This document shows positions 9,496 to 18,287 of a stretch of 64,000 bases of DNA, piece after piece. The notes beneath the pieces are model-generated. The model was given only the letters and a program-made list of their open reading frames with translations, had not been told where the DNA came from and made no database searches. Every line of letters starts with the position of its first letter. Within the stretch, counting starts at the first letter, position 1. The position numbers were made by a program, and so were the translations under genes. This DNA is from an uncultured Clostridia bacterium (GTDB lineage Bacteria; Bacillota; Clostridia; Oscillospirales; JAAYOS01): positions 48,571-112,570 of the forward strand of contig CANQDU010000005.1 in the NCBI GenBank assembly GCA_947593925.1. Direction: 5' to 3'.

Positions 9496-10485
9496 TTACG
9501 CCATCTCGCGGAGCGCCCAGTCGGGGTCGCGGAAGAGCGCGCGGCCGACGCCGATGATGTCCGCCGCGCCGCGCTCGAGCAGCGCTTCCGCCTCGGACGC
9601 CCTCATAACGCCGCCGGTCATCAGCACCGGGACGTTCACGGCGCGCTTCACCTCTGTGCTCATGTCGCTGAAATACCCCGGCTCGCAGTATCCGTCCGGG
9701 CGGATGTAGCCGCAGAAGCCGCCGCTGAGGTCTATCATGTCGGCTCCGGCCTCCGCGAGCAGGACGCTCGCCTCGACGCTGTCCTCTATCGTGCTGCCGC
9801 CCTCGATATAGTCGCACCCGCCGAGCCGTACGGCTATCGGGAAGTCCGCGCCGACGGCGGCGCGCACCCTCCGTATCGTCTCGACGTGGATACGCACGCG
9901 CCCGGCGACGCTCCCGCCGTACTCGTCGGCGCGGCGGTTGGTGAGCGGAGAGTAGAACTGATTGAGTAGGTAGCCGTGCGCCGAGTGTATCTCCACCCCG
10001 TCGTAGCCCGCGTTCTTCGCGCGGAGGGCCGCCGCGGCGAACTGCTCCTCTATCTCAGCTATCCCGTCCCGCGTGAGCGCGCGCGGGACGATGACCCCGC
10101 CGTCGCGCGTCCTGCGTTCGACGGCGCTCGCGCTCACCGGCGTGATGCCGGTGAACTGCTCGGGCGCGGCGCTCCCCGCGTGATTTATCTGCGCAAACAC
10201 CTTCGTGCCCGCGGCGTGGAGCGCCGAGGTTATCAGGCGGTGCGCCTCCGCTTCCTCGTCCGAGGCAAGCGAGATCTGCATCGGTCCCGCCTGCCCCTCG
10301 AACGAAATGCGGCTGTGCTCGGTTATGACGAGCCCGACGGCGCCGCCCGCCGCGCGGCGGGCGTAGTGCTCCGCAAGCTCCGGGCCGATGCTCCCGTCCG
10401 GCGTCTTGCCGGTCTGCATCGGCGGCATGGCGAGGCGGTTTGCAAGCGTTATACCGCCTATCTCTATAGGTGTTTTCAACAGCAT
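9496..10485 (-). CDS. NADH:flavin oxidoreductase, Old Yellow Enzyme family
   Basis: 329 aa: LANRLAMPPMQT, GYDGVEIHSAHGYLLNQFYSPLTNRRADEYGGS are OYE/TIM-barrel FMN-enzyme motifs. Confidence 0.85.
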   Translation of the reverse strand: MLLKTPIEIGGITLANRLAMPPMQTGKTPDGSIGPELAEHYARRAAGGAVGLVITEHSRISFEGQAGPMQISLASDEEAEAHRLITSALHAAGTKVFAQINHAGSAAPEQFTGITPVSASAVERRTRDGGVIVPRALTRDGIAEIEEQFAAAALRAKNAGYDGVEIHSAHGYLLNQFYSPLTNRRADEYGGSVAGRVRIHVETIRRVRAAVGADFPIAVRLGGCDYIEGGSTIEDSVEASVLLAEAGADMIDLSGGFCGYIRPDGYCEPGYFSDMSTEVKRAVNVPVLMTGGVMRASEAEALLERGAADIIGVGRALFRDPDWALREMA

Positions 10486-10489
10486 TGCC

Positions 10490-10741
10490 TTACCTGTCCT
10501 CTCCGCAGCACTCGTTTTTCTGCTTCTGGAGCATGAAAATGAGATAGTCGAGGCAGTCGAGCCGTTTCTGCTCGCGGTGAAGGTCCTCGAGCAGCTCCGC
10601 GCGGTGCTGCCGCAGCTTCCGTATGCCGTCGCAGAGCTTCCCCTCGCGGCAGCACTCGGCTATGTCCGCCGTGAGCTTTTCACAGCAGCCCGCGTCGCGC
10701 AGGATGCGCTCCATGTCCTCGTCGGTGAACCTGTTGTCCAT
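10490..10741 (-). CDS. Small cysteine-rich hypothetical protein (83 aa, 8 Cys incl. three CC pairs)
   Basis: Tightly packed between the SBP gene and the OYE gene (4-nt gap to OYE). Genome-typical codon usage. No family recognised. Confidence 0.55.
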   Translation of the reverse strand: MDNRFTDEDMERILRDAGCCEKLTADIAECCREGKLCDGIRKLRQHRAELLEDLHREQKRLDCLDYLIFMLQKQKNECCGEDR

Positions 10742-10801
10742 TCCGCCTCTCCTTCCCGAATGTTATTCCGAACTAAGTATGTTCCGAGCGGACACGCCGT
10801 C

Positions 10802-11632
10802 TCACTCGGGCATGACGGTGATGTCAACGCCGAAATACTTCATGCTGAGCTCGGTGAGCTTACCTTCCTCGCGGAGCTCGGAGATGGCGGTGTTTATCGC
10901 CTGACGGAGCGACTCGGTGTCGTCGCTCTTGCGCATCGGGATGGCGATGTCCGAGACATCGTAGTTGTAGCAGGCGACCTTGACCGGGCTCTCCGGGTGG
11001 ACGCTGATGTAGTCGAGGTAGCTTCCCTCGGCGTTGAGGGTGGCGTCTATGCGGCCCTGAAGCAGAAGCTCTATCGTCTGGTTGAAGTCGTCAACGCCGG
11101 TGACGGTCGCGCCGTAGCCCTCGGCTATCTCGGCATAGGTGCTCGAGATGGTGTTCGCGGTGCTCTTGCCGGCGAGGTCTTCCATCTTCGTGATGCTGTC
11201 GTCGTCCTCGCGGACTATGACGGCGGTGCGGTCGTAGCAGTACGGGTCGGAGAAGCTGTAGGACTCCTTGCGCTCGTCGGTGACGCCGACGCCGTTTACC
11301 ATGATGTCATAGCGGCCGCCCTCGATGCCCTCGAGCAGTCCGTCCCAGATGCCCTCCTCGTAGACCGGCTCGACGCCGAGCTTCTCGGCTATCGCCGCGC
11401 CGACCTCGACGTCAAAGCCGACAAGGTTGTCCTCCTCGTCGTGGTAGGTCCACGGGCTCCACGTTCCCTCCATGGCGATGATGATGGTGCCGCGCTCCTT
11501 TATCTGCGCGAGCAGGTCGCCGGTCTCTCCCGAGGTCTCGGCGGAGGGCTCCGTGCCGCCGCCGCATCCCGCAAACAGCGAGAGCATCATGACAAGCGCC
11601 AGAACGAGCGCAAAAATACGACTTTTCTTCAT
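10802..11632 (-). CDS. Amino-acid ABC transporter substrate-binding lipoprotein
   Basis: Lipobox MKKSRIFALVLALVMMLSLFAGCGG. Type-3 SBP body (GFDVEVGAAIAEKLGV.., YDIMVNGVGVTDERK). Confidence 0.9.
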   Translation of the reverse strand: MKKSRIFALVLALVMMLSLFAGCGGGTEPSAETSGETGDLLAQIKERGTIIIAMEGTWSPWTYHDEEDNLVGFDVEVGAAIAEKLGVEPVYEEGIWDGLLEGIEGGRYDIMVNGVGVTDERKESYSFSDPYCYDRTAVIVREDDDSITKMEDLAGKSTANTISSTYAEIAEGYGATVTGVDDFNQTIELLLQGRIDATLNAEGSYLDYISVHPESPVKVACYNYDVSDIAIPMRKSDDTESLRQAINTAISELREEGKLTELSMKYFGVDITVMPE

Positions 11633-11638
11633 AACTGA

Positions 11639-12424
11639 TTACTCCTTTGCCTGATTTTCTTTTTTCCCCGACTCACCGGCCATCGTTGTGCCGATGCTTC
11701 TGAGGAACGCCTTCGTCCGCTCCTCCTTCGGGTTCTCGAAGAACTCCTTGGAAGGTCCGGACTCGGCTACAACACCGTCCTCCATGAATATCACCCTGTT
11801 TGATACCGTGCGCGCAAATCCCATCTCGTGGGTGACGACGAGCATCGTCATCCCGTCCTCCGCGAGCCGGCGCATGACAGCGAGCACCTCGACCGTGAGC
11901 TCCGGGTCGAGAGCGGACGTGGGCTCGTCAAAGTAGATTATCTCCGGCTCGGGCGCTATGGCGCGCGCTATCGCGACGCGCTGCTGCTGTCCTCCGGAGA
12001 GCTGGTCGGGATAGTAGTCATACCTGTCCGACAGCCCTACCCTGTCAAGCGCGCGGCGGCCGACGTCCCGTGCCTGCGCCTTCGGCATTTTGTGGCCCAG
12101 TATCAGCCCTTCGGTGACGTTCTCGAGGGCGGTCTTGTTCGAAAAGAGATTGTAGTTCTGGAACACGAACGCGGTCTTTTTCCGCAGCCGCGCTATGTCC
12201 CGCTTGGAGACATGGCCGAGCTCGAAGCTCTCTCCGTCAAAGATGAGAGTGCCGCTGTCGGCCGTCTCGAGAAAGTTTATACAGCGGAGCAGAGTCGTCT
12301 TGCCCGAGCCGGAGGGTCCGAGTATCGCGACGACGTCGCCGCGCTCGACCGTGAGGTCAACTCCGCGCAGAACGTCGAGCGTCCCGAAGCCCTTGGTTAT
12401 TCCCTTCACTTCAAGCATCGGCAT
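11639..12424 (-). CDS. Amino-acid ABC transporter ATP-binding protein
   Basis: Walker [10 protein letters not shown], signature [14 protein letters not shown], Walker [13 protein letters not shown]. Confidence 0.95.
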   Translation of the reverse strand: MPMLEVKGITKGFGTLDVLRGVDLTVERGDVVAILGPSGSGKTTLLRCINFLETADSGTLIFDGESFELGHVSKRDIARLRKKTAFVFQNYNLFSNKTALENVTEGLILGHKMPKAQARDVGRRALDRVGLSDRYDYYPDQLSGGQQQRVAIARAIAPEPEIIYFDEPTSALDPELTVEVLAVMRRLAEDGMTMLVVTHEMGFARTVSNRVIFMEDGVVAESGPSKEFFENPKEERTKAFLRSIGTTMAGESGKKENQAKE

Positions 12425-13106
12425 TTTCGTTCCTCCTCCGCTTTACGCGGTGCGTGCTGAGCCGGCGTTCGCCCCTGCCCTGGAGCCATGTGAGTATCGT
12501 CGAGAACGCGAGGTATATCAGCCCGACCTCTATGTACAGCACGAGCGGCTCGTATGTCCGCGCGACTATCTGCTTCGTCTTTTGCAGCATCTCCATGACG
12601 GTGATGTTTGCCGCAAGCGACGTATCCTTGAGCATCGAGATGAGCGAGTTCGAGAGCGGCGGGAAAGCCGTCTTCATCGCCTGCGGGAGCACGATGCGCC
12701 GCATTATCTGGATGTAGGAGAGGCCGGTGCAGTAGCCCGCCTCGACCTGCCCCACAGGCACAGATTCGAGCGCGGCGCGGATAGTCTCCGCGCAGTAGGC
12801 AGCGTAGTTGAGGCCGATGACGGCTATCGCCGCGACCACCTCGTGAATGACTATGCCGACCCTCGGCAGTCCGTAGTAGACTATGAAGAGCTGGACGAGC
12901 AGCGGCGTGCCGCGGAATATCCATATATAGAACCGCGCGAACTGCCGCAGACCTGGCACCTTGGCGTACTGCACCATCGCGAGCAGAAGTGCCACGACCA
13001 TGCAGAGCGAGAACGCCGCTATCGTGAGCGGTATCGTCATGCACAGGCCGGGAATGAGTATGTCGTCAAAGGATTGGGCAAAGACTTGCCATGCGTGTGC
13101 GTCCAT
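12411..13106 (-). CDS. Amino-acid ABC transporter permease (His/Glu/Gln/Arg/opine family)
   Basis: 231 aa polytopic protein. [18 protein letters not shown] and [16 protein letters not shown] are permease signature regions. Overlaps the ATPase gene by 14 nt. Confidence 0.9.
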   Translation of the reverse strand: MDAHAWQVFAQSFDDILIPGLCMTIPLTIAAFSLCMVVALLLAMVQYAKVPGLRQFARFYIWIFRGTPLLVQLFIVYYGLPRVGIVIHEVVAAIAVIGLNYAAYCAETIRAALESVPVGQVEAGYCTGLSYIQIMRRIVLPQAMKTAFPPLSNSLISMLKDTSLAANITVMEMLQKTKQIVARTYEPLVLYIEVGLIYLAFSTILTWLQGRGERRLSTHRVKRRRNENADA

Positions 13107-13181
13107 AAAGTTTTTTCATCCTCCTGCGGGAGTCCTTTCCGCGCACAGTCCTCCGCGCGGCGTCCCCTTGTTCCGGGGATT

Positions 13182-13210
13182 ATTATAGCCCGCTTTCCGT
13201 AATATAGCAA
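13182..13210 (-). promoter_or_regulatory. Sigma-70-type promoter of the ABC/OYE/ferredoxin operon
   Basis: Minus strand TTGCTA (13210-13205), 17 nt, TATAAT (13187-13182), about 70 nt upstream of the permease start. Confidence 0.6.
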
Positions 13211-13237
13211 ATACTTATATTAAATATTTAGTTATAC

Positions 13238-13266
13238 TTGACAGGCATAGCTGTATTTGCTATACT
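13238..13266 (+). promoter_or_regulatory. Sigma-70-type promoter of the LysR gene
   Basis: TTGACA (13238-13243), 17 nt, TATACT (13261-13266). Divergent from the ABC promoter, with palindrome TAAATATTTA (13221-13230) between the two -35 boxes. Confidence 0.65.
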
Positions 13267-13275
13267 GCGGACGGG

Positions 13276-14265
13276 GTGATAAAAACGGAACTTAGAGTTT
13301 TGCAGTATTTCCTCGCGGTGACGCGCGAGGAGTCGATACTCGGGGCGGCGAAGTCGCTGCATCTGTCGCAGCCGACGCTCTCGCGCCAGCTCCACGAGCT
13401 CGAGGAGGAGCTCGGCAAGCCGCTCTTCATACGCTCGAACAGAAAAATAGCCCTCACCGAGGAGGGCATGATGCTCCGCAAGCGCGCGGAGGAGATATTG
13501 GAGCTCGTCCGCCGCGCGGAGGACGAGATCGCGCTTTCGGACGAGCACCTTGCGGGCGACGTCACGATAGGCGCGGCGGAGGCGGAGGGCGTGCGCTTCC
13601 TCGCGCACGCCGCCGAGAGGATGCGGGACGAGTACCCGCTCGTCCGCTTCCACATCATAAGCGGAGACAGCGCGGCGGTGCTTGAGGATCTTGACCGCGG
13701 GCTCGTGGACTTCGGGTTCGTGCTCGGTGAGGCGGACGCCGCAAAGTACGAGTCGATAGCGGCGCCATACCGCCCGTCCTTCGGGGTGCTCGTGCGGGAG
13801 GACGACCCGCTCGCGGCGCGCGCGTCTATAGCGCCGGAGGAGCTTTACGACCTGCCGCTCATAGTTTCGCGGCAGATGCTCCGCACCGACGACCTGCGGC
13901 GGATAATGCGCTGCGGCGCGGAGCGGCTGAATATCGCCGCCACCTACAACCTCCTCCACAACGGCGCGATGCTCGTGGACGAGGGCATGGGCTGCGCGGT
14001 CTGTCTTGAGGGCGTCGTGGACGTCTCCGGCGCGCGGCCGCTGCGGTTCGTGCCGTTCTCAGAGCAGCCGGATATACGCGCGTCGGTGATATGGAAGAAG
14101 TACCGCGTGTTCAGCCGCGCGGCGGAGCGCTTCCTTGCGGAGCTGCGGAGCCGCGCCGGGGCGCGACCTTCGGCTCCCGGCTTTGCGTCCCGTCGGCGCG
14201 CTTCATATGAAGGCTCGGGGTCTATTTCCCGAGCCGCGTCTTTATCCAGTAGTTTTTCATCTTGA
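13276..14265 (+). CDS. LysR-family transcriptional regulator
   Basis: N-terminal HTH ELRVLQYFLAVTREESILGAAKSLHLSQPTLSRQLHELEEELGKPLF. GTG start. The last ~40 codons are low-complexity and run into the rearrangement junction at about 14.2 kb. Confidence 0.85.
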   Translation: MIKTELRVLQYFLAVTREESILGAAKSLHLSQPTLSRQLHELEEELGKPLFIRSNRKIALTEEGMMLRKRAEEILELVRRAEDEIALSDEHLAGDVTIGAAEAEGVRFLAHAAERMRDEYPLVRFHIISGDSAAVLEDLDRGLVDFGFVLGEADAAKYESIAAPYRPSFGVLVREDDPLAARASIAPEELYDLPLIVSRQMLRTDDLRRIMRCGAERLNIAATYNLLHNGAMLVDEGMGCAVCLEGVVDVSGARPLRFVPFSEQPDIRASVIWKKYRVFSRAAERFLAELRSRAGARPSAPGFASRRRASYEGSGSISRAASLSSSFSS

Positions 14266-14300
14266 AGCCGCGCTCGGCAGCGATATTTCTCCGGAACGCG
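14222..14300 (-). pseudogene. Orphan 3'-end fragment resembling the CYTH gene terminus
   Basis: Minus-strand translation ..AERGFKMKNYWIKTRLGK* parallels the end of the intact CYTH gene (..FERGFKMKNYWIRTRLKE*). No upstream CYTH body. Confidence 0.35.
14243..14276. repeat. 34-bp direct repeat, copy 1
   Basis: tatccagtagtttttcatcttgaagccgcgctcg is identical to 15964-15997. The flanking bases differ on both sides. Confidence 0.9.
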
Positions 14301-14476
14301 CGGTATTCCCGGCGGTTTTCTCCGGCTCTGCGGAAATCCGCACGCCGGAAGCCGCCGCCGGATGTTCTGCGCCCTTTGGAAACCTCCCGTATTTTCCTCG
14401 CCGGTGAGTACCCAAACTGTGATGAGGGCAGTTTGAGTGTCAGGCGAGCGAAGTATAAATCTATGAAAAGAATGTT

Positions 14477-15516
14477 TTATTCATCAAAGCTGACCGATAC
14501 AATTTCATTCCACAACAAACCCGCATAGTCGGAAATGATGTTTTTCTCTTGCTGCGTTACCGACTTGAACAATGTAATCAATAATTTCCCGTTCTTCTTT
14601 TTCCATTTGCCGGCCACTTCGCCATCCATCAGAAGTGCAGGCATTACGATCCCCGAGAGATTGAATATTGCTCTCATATTTTCCCGACTCAAAAACAGGC
14701 TTTCCTTTTTTTCGTGAGCCAAGAGAAGCTGGTCAAATCCCGCAAGAAACAAACATTTGGGAATTGCCTGATCGTATGTCTGGTTATTGTCAATATGCCT
14801 TTACATTCCACCGTTGATACAGGCAAGCGGGAAAGCCAATCCTTCACCTGCGCGGCTGTCGCGTGGAAATAGTACATGGCGTCGTGAACGGTGGAGGGAC
14901 CCATGTGCGTAAAATATCGGCGGGCCATTTCCAACTTTGCTTCTCGCTCGGGAATGGGCGTAAACGCAGGAGAAAGGCAGAAGGCCTTTTTTTCCTGCAC
15001 AACGTAGTTCATAAACCCGCGCTCACACATTTCGCGGATGCCGCCGCCCCACTGATCGAACATACTGTTTTCTTCCGGCTCGGTCATGCCGTTTTGCCTG
15101 CATACATTCTTTAATTCTTCTCTTGTCAGTTCCGCGCCTTTTAGGGCATCCAAAATCACATTTACAAAATAGGCCTGCCGCTCCGGTGTGAGCGACCACG
15201 TATCGCGCTGATTCCAAAATGTATATCCGCGCCAATCCCTGCTCAGATAATCCCGCCCATTATTACAGTGAATAAATAAAGATAGATCGTCTTCCGCAAA
15301 TACGTGAACGGTTCCTCTGACCGTCCAGTTCTTCACAAGTCCTTCCTTGAGCGTGTCCTCCCGATAATCAAAACACCGTATCTTGAGCGAGTGTATCGCA
15401 TTCGTCATAAATTGCGCCTGTACCCCGCAAAGATCGTGCAGTACTGTCATTTTATCCGTGGGTATCAGTAGATGCTGATTGGCTAATTGACGAAGTTTCA
15501 GTTCTTCAATAGTCAT
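14477..15516 (-). pseudogene. YcaQ-family (DUF1006, winged-helix) DNA glycosylase gene, frameshifted
   Basis: Track ORFs 14689..15516 and 14477..14752 are the N- and C-terminal parts of one YcaQ-like protein in different frames (..PNVCF / FLAGFDQLLLAHEKK..). Local GC is far below the window average. Confidence 0.6.
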
Positions 15517-15554
15517 GATGTACCTTCTATTTTAGTCTCTCTTTTTTTATTTCA

Positions 15555-15893
15555 CTATATCATCCCGAAATGCTCCAGTGCCGCCCTGATCGCTGCCTCT
15601 TTCTCTGGCGGGCATTGTGGCTGTCGGGAATCCTCTGACTTGGGCTTATTGTAATTCTCCCGCTCAATAATGCCACACTTTTGTTTCACTTGCGCGATGT
15701 AGAGGGAAGAAACCGTGAGCCCGGTATGCTCTTTCACATAAGCCTTGATCTCTCCATAGGTCGCGCCTTTCTGGAAGCCGGACATATCCATATCCTCCAG
15801 AGAGAAGTCAATCCTGATTTTCTTTGACTGGATTTCTCCCTTGGAAAGTTGAATAACCGTCTCGACGCATTCCGTCCCGGGGAACATATCCAC
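15555..15893 (-). pseudogene. 3' fragment of a 23S rRNA (uracil-C5)-methyltransferase (RlmD-like) gene
   Basis: ..DMFPGTECVETVIQLSK followed by the C-terminal extension seen in clostridial RlmD proteins. No SAM-binding core upstream. The fragment ends where GC jumps back up at about 15.9 kb. Confidence 0.45.
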
Positions 15894-15942
15894 CGGGCGG
15901 ACGCGGCGCGCGGCCGTGCTCCGCGCCGTTCCGCCGCGCCCC

Positions 15943-16425
15943 CTACTCCTTGAGCCGGGTGCGTATCCAGTAGTTTTTCATCTTGAAGCCGCGCTCGAAG
16001 GTGACGTCTCTCGCGCCCTCGCCCGGCCAGACGAATGCGCGCGCCTCGTCCTCGCTCTCAAACTCGGCCTCGCCGTACATGAATTCGTGCTCGGTGCCGG
16101 CGTCTACCACAGAGCAGTCCAGCGCGCGGCCGCCGTACATGTAACGGCGGTAGTCCTTGCGTATCGGCTCGCGGCCGATGAAGCGGACTATCTCGAGGTA
16201 AAATTCCTCGGTTATCGGGGTCTCTATCTCCTCGCGGGAGAGGTCGCCCTCGCCCTTGACGGTGAGCTTGCAGGAGACCCGGCCCTTCTCCGGACCCTCC
16301 AACGTCTCCGCGCGCCTCACGCGCACCTCCGGCGAGACCGAGAGGTACGCCTGCGTCACGGCGTCATGCGTGACGAGCGGCAGGTCCGGCAGGGCGGACA
16401 GAAGGAATTTGCGCTCTATCTCCAT
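15943..16425 (-). CDS. CYTH-domain protein (triphosphate tunnel metalloenzyme family)
   Basis: 160 aa starting MEIERKFLL (the ExExK motif), with later charged beta-strand pattern VRVRR, KLTVKGEG, REEIE. Confidence 0.8.
   Translation of the reverse strand: MEIERKFLLSALPDLPLVTHDAVTQAYLSVSPEVRVRRAETLEGPEKGRVSCKLTVKGEGDLSREEIETPITEEFYLEIVRFIGREPIRKDYRRYMYGGRALDCSVVDAGTEHEFMYGEAEFESEDEARAFVWPGEGARDVTFERGFKMKNYWIRTRLKE
15964..15997. repeat. 34-bp direct repeat, copy 2 (inside the 3' end of the CYTH gene)
   Basis: Identical to 14243-14276. Confidence 0.9.
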
Positions 16426-16540
16426 AGATGTGCCTCCTTATTTGGCGCGCGGGCGCGCGTCTTTCCCCACACCATTGTACCACAGGCGGCGCGGGGCGTC
16501 CGTGTTCCTCAAAAAATTTGTTTGTTTGCACAAATTTTAG

Positions 16541-16568
16541 TGGCATTTTCCGAAATGTATGCTATAAT
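16541..16568 (+). promoter_or_regulatory. Promoter of pfk (extended -10)
   Basis: TGCTATAAT at 16560-16568 (TGn-TATAAT), with a weak -35 TGGCAT 16 nt upstream. 45 nt upstream of the ATG. Confidence 0.6.
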
Positions 16569-16613
16569 TATGACATCACCCAAGCAATTTTGCCAAAAGG
16601 AGGAGTCGGATAT

Positions 16614-17702
16614 ATGAAAAGGATAGGCATACTTACGAGCGGCGGCGACTGTCAGGCGCTGAACGTCACGATGCGCGGCGTCGCGAAGGGTCTTTACAGC
16701 ATCTACGGCAGGGAAGGGGTGGAGATCTTCGGCTTCATCGACGGATACAAGGGTCTCATGTACGAGGACTACCGGAAGATGACGCCGGTCGACTTCTCCG
16801 GCCTGCTCACCGTCGGCGGAACGATACTCGGCTCGAGCCGCACGCCGTTCAAGCTGATACGCGAGCCGGACGAAAACGGCCTTGACAAGGTCGAGGCCAT
16901 GAAGTATACCTACCGCCGTCTGCGGCTCGACTGTCTCGTCGTGCTCGGCGGCAACGGCAGCCAGAAGACAGCGAACCTTCTCTCTGAGGAAGGTCTGAAC
17001 GTTATAGGTCTGCCGAAGACGATAGATAACGACCTCTGGGGCACCGACACGACCTTCGGCTTCCAGAGCGCCATCGCGGTCGCGACCGACGTCATCGACT
17101 GCATCCACACCACGGCGTCCTCCCACAACCGCATATTCCTCGTGGAGATAATGGGCCACAAGGCGGGCTGGCTGACGCTGAACGCCGGCATCGCGGGCGG
17201 CGCGGACATCATCCTGATACCCGAGATACCGTACAACATCGACTCGGTGATAAAGAAGGTCGAGGAGCGCTCCCGCTCCGGCCACGGGTTCACCATTCTC
17301 GCCGTCGCGGAGGGCGCCATTTCGCAGGAGGTCGCCGCGATGGACAAGAAGGAGCGCAAGAAGGCTCTCGCAAAGATAGCGAAGGACTATCCCTCCGGCT
17401 CCTACGAGATAGCGGCAAAGATAACCGAGCGCACCGGCAAGGAGGTCCGCGTGACCGTTCCGGGCCACATGCAGCGCGGCGGCGTTCCGTGCGCGTATGA
17501 CCGCGTGCTGTCGAGCCGCCTCGGCACCACGGCGGCGCTCGAGATATCCAAGGGCAACTTCGGCAACCTCGTCGCTATCCACGACCACAAGATAATCACC
17601 GTCCCGCTCAAGGAGGTCGCGGGCAAGCTCAAGACCGTCGATCCCACGGGCGACATCATCGAGGAAGCGCGCCTCCTCGGCATCAGCTTCGGAGACGACT
17701 AA
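16614..17702 (+). CDS. pfkA: 6-phosphofructokinase (ATP vs PPi dependence not resolvable by eye)
   Basis: 362 aa: GILTSGGD, LPKTIDNDL, EIMGHKAGWL, MQRGG motifs. ATG 16614 with aaaggagg 9 nt upstream. Confidence 0.9.
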   Translation: MKRIGILTSGGDCQALNVTMRGVAKGLYSIYGREGVEIFGFIDGYKGLMYEDYRKMTPVDFSGLLTVGGTILGSSRTPFKLIREPDENGLDKVEAMKYTYRRLRLDCLVVLGGNGSQKTANLLSEEGLNVIGLPKTIDNDLWGTDTTFGFQSAIAVATDVIDCIHTTASSHNRIFLVEIMGHKAGWLTLNAGIAGGADIILIPEIPYNIDSVIKKVEERSRSGHGFTILAVAEGAISQEVAAMDKKERKKALAKIAKDYPSGSYEIAAKITERTGKEVRVTVPGHMQRGGVPCAYDRVLSSRLGTTAALEISKGNFGNLVAIHDHKIITVPLKEVAGKLKTVDPTGDIIEEARLLGISFGDD

Positions 17703-17710
17703 CGCGCTGC

Positions 17711-18007
17711 GCAATTCCCAAACGCTCCAGAGGAGCGTTTGGGAGCCCTTCCGATTGAAATGCTCGGCGGAAATGAATTCCGCCTGCGCGAAGTTGGCGG
17801 CTGCGCCGCCAACTTTAACCGCGCGAACAGGCGCGGGAGCGCCTTCGGCGGAAAATCGACGCAATTCCCAAACGGTCGGTAGACCGTTTGGGAGCCCTTC
17901 CGATTGAAATGCTCGGCGGAAATGAATTCCGCCTGCGCGAAGTTGGCGGCTGCGCCGCCAACTTTAACCGCGCGAACAGGCGCGGGAGCACCTTCGGCGC
18001 TCGACGC
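17711..18007. repeat. Modular multi-hairpin intergenic repeat, two tandem ~150-bp units (forward orientation)
   Basis: Unit 1 is 17711-17860, unit 2 is 17861-~18007. Each has hairpins H1 cccaaacg..cgtttggg, H2 ggcggaaatgaattccgcc, H3 gttggcggctgcgccgccaac, H4 ccgcgcgaacaggcgcgg. Confidence 0.9.
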
Positions 18008-18095
18008 CCGCTCCAACAAGATGCGCCACCTCGCCGGCGGATCGTCCGCCGCGATAGCCGGAGACTGGTTCACGGCGCACGGGAAGGGCGTGAAC

Positions 18096-18269
18096 ATGGG
18101 CGCGTTCGGCAGCGCGGAAAACCGCGCGCTCGCGGAAAAGCTTGAGAATGTGTTCTCCGCATGGATACACAACGGCGACAGCGATCTTGCGAGCCCCGAC
18201 ACCGTGATACTCAAAATCGAGCTCGCCGACGACGTGCTGCTGTCGCACGGAACAAGGTACGAGTTTTAG
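18096..18269 (+). CDS. Hypothetical small protein (57 aa)
   Basis: ATG 18096 is 7 nt after gggaaggg. Genome-like codon usage. Followed directly by a strong terminator. No family recognised. Confidence 0.3.
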   Translation: MGAFGSAENRALAEKLENVFSAWIHNGDSDLASPDTVILKIELADDVLLSHGTRYEF

Positions 18270-18287
18270 GTCTCGCGCGCATTTGAT

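Noticed and set aside
17699-18214. Peptide-like translations recurring in the track (for example ..GALPIEMLG.NE..LREV.G.AANFNRANRRG.. and ..SAEGAPAPVRAVKVGGAAANFAQAEFISAEHFNRKGSQ..), suggesting a repeated small protein
   Set aside because: The same DNA occurs in both orientations, lacks RBSs, is interrupted differently in each copy, and its variation is compensatory within hairpin stems. This is a non-coding repeat, not a gene family.
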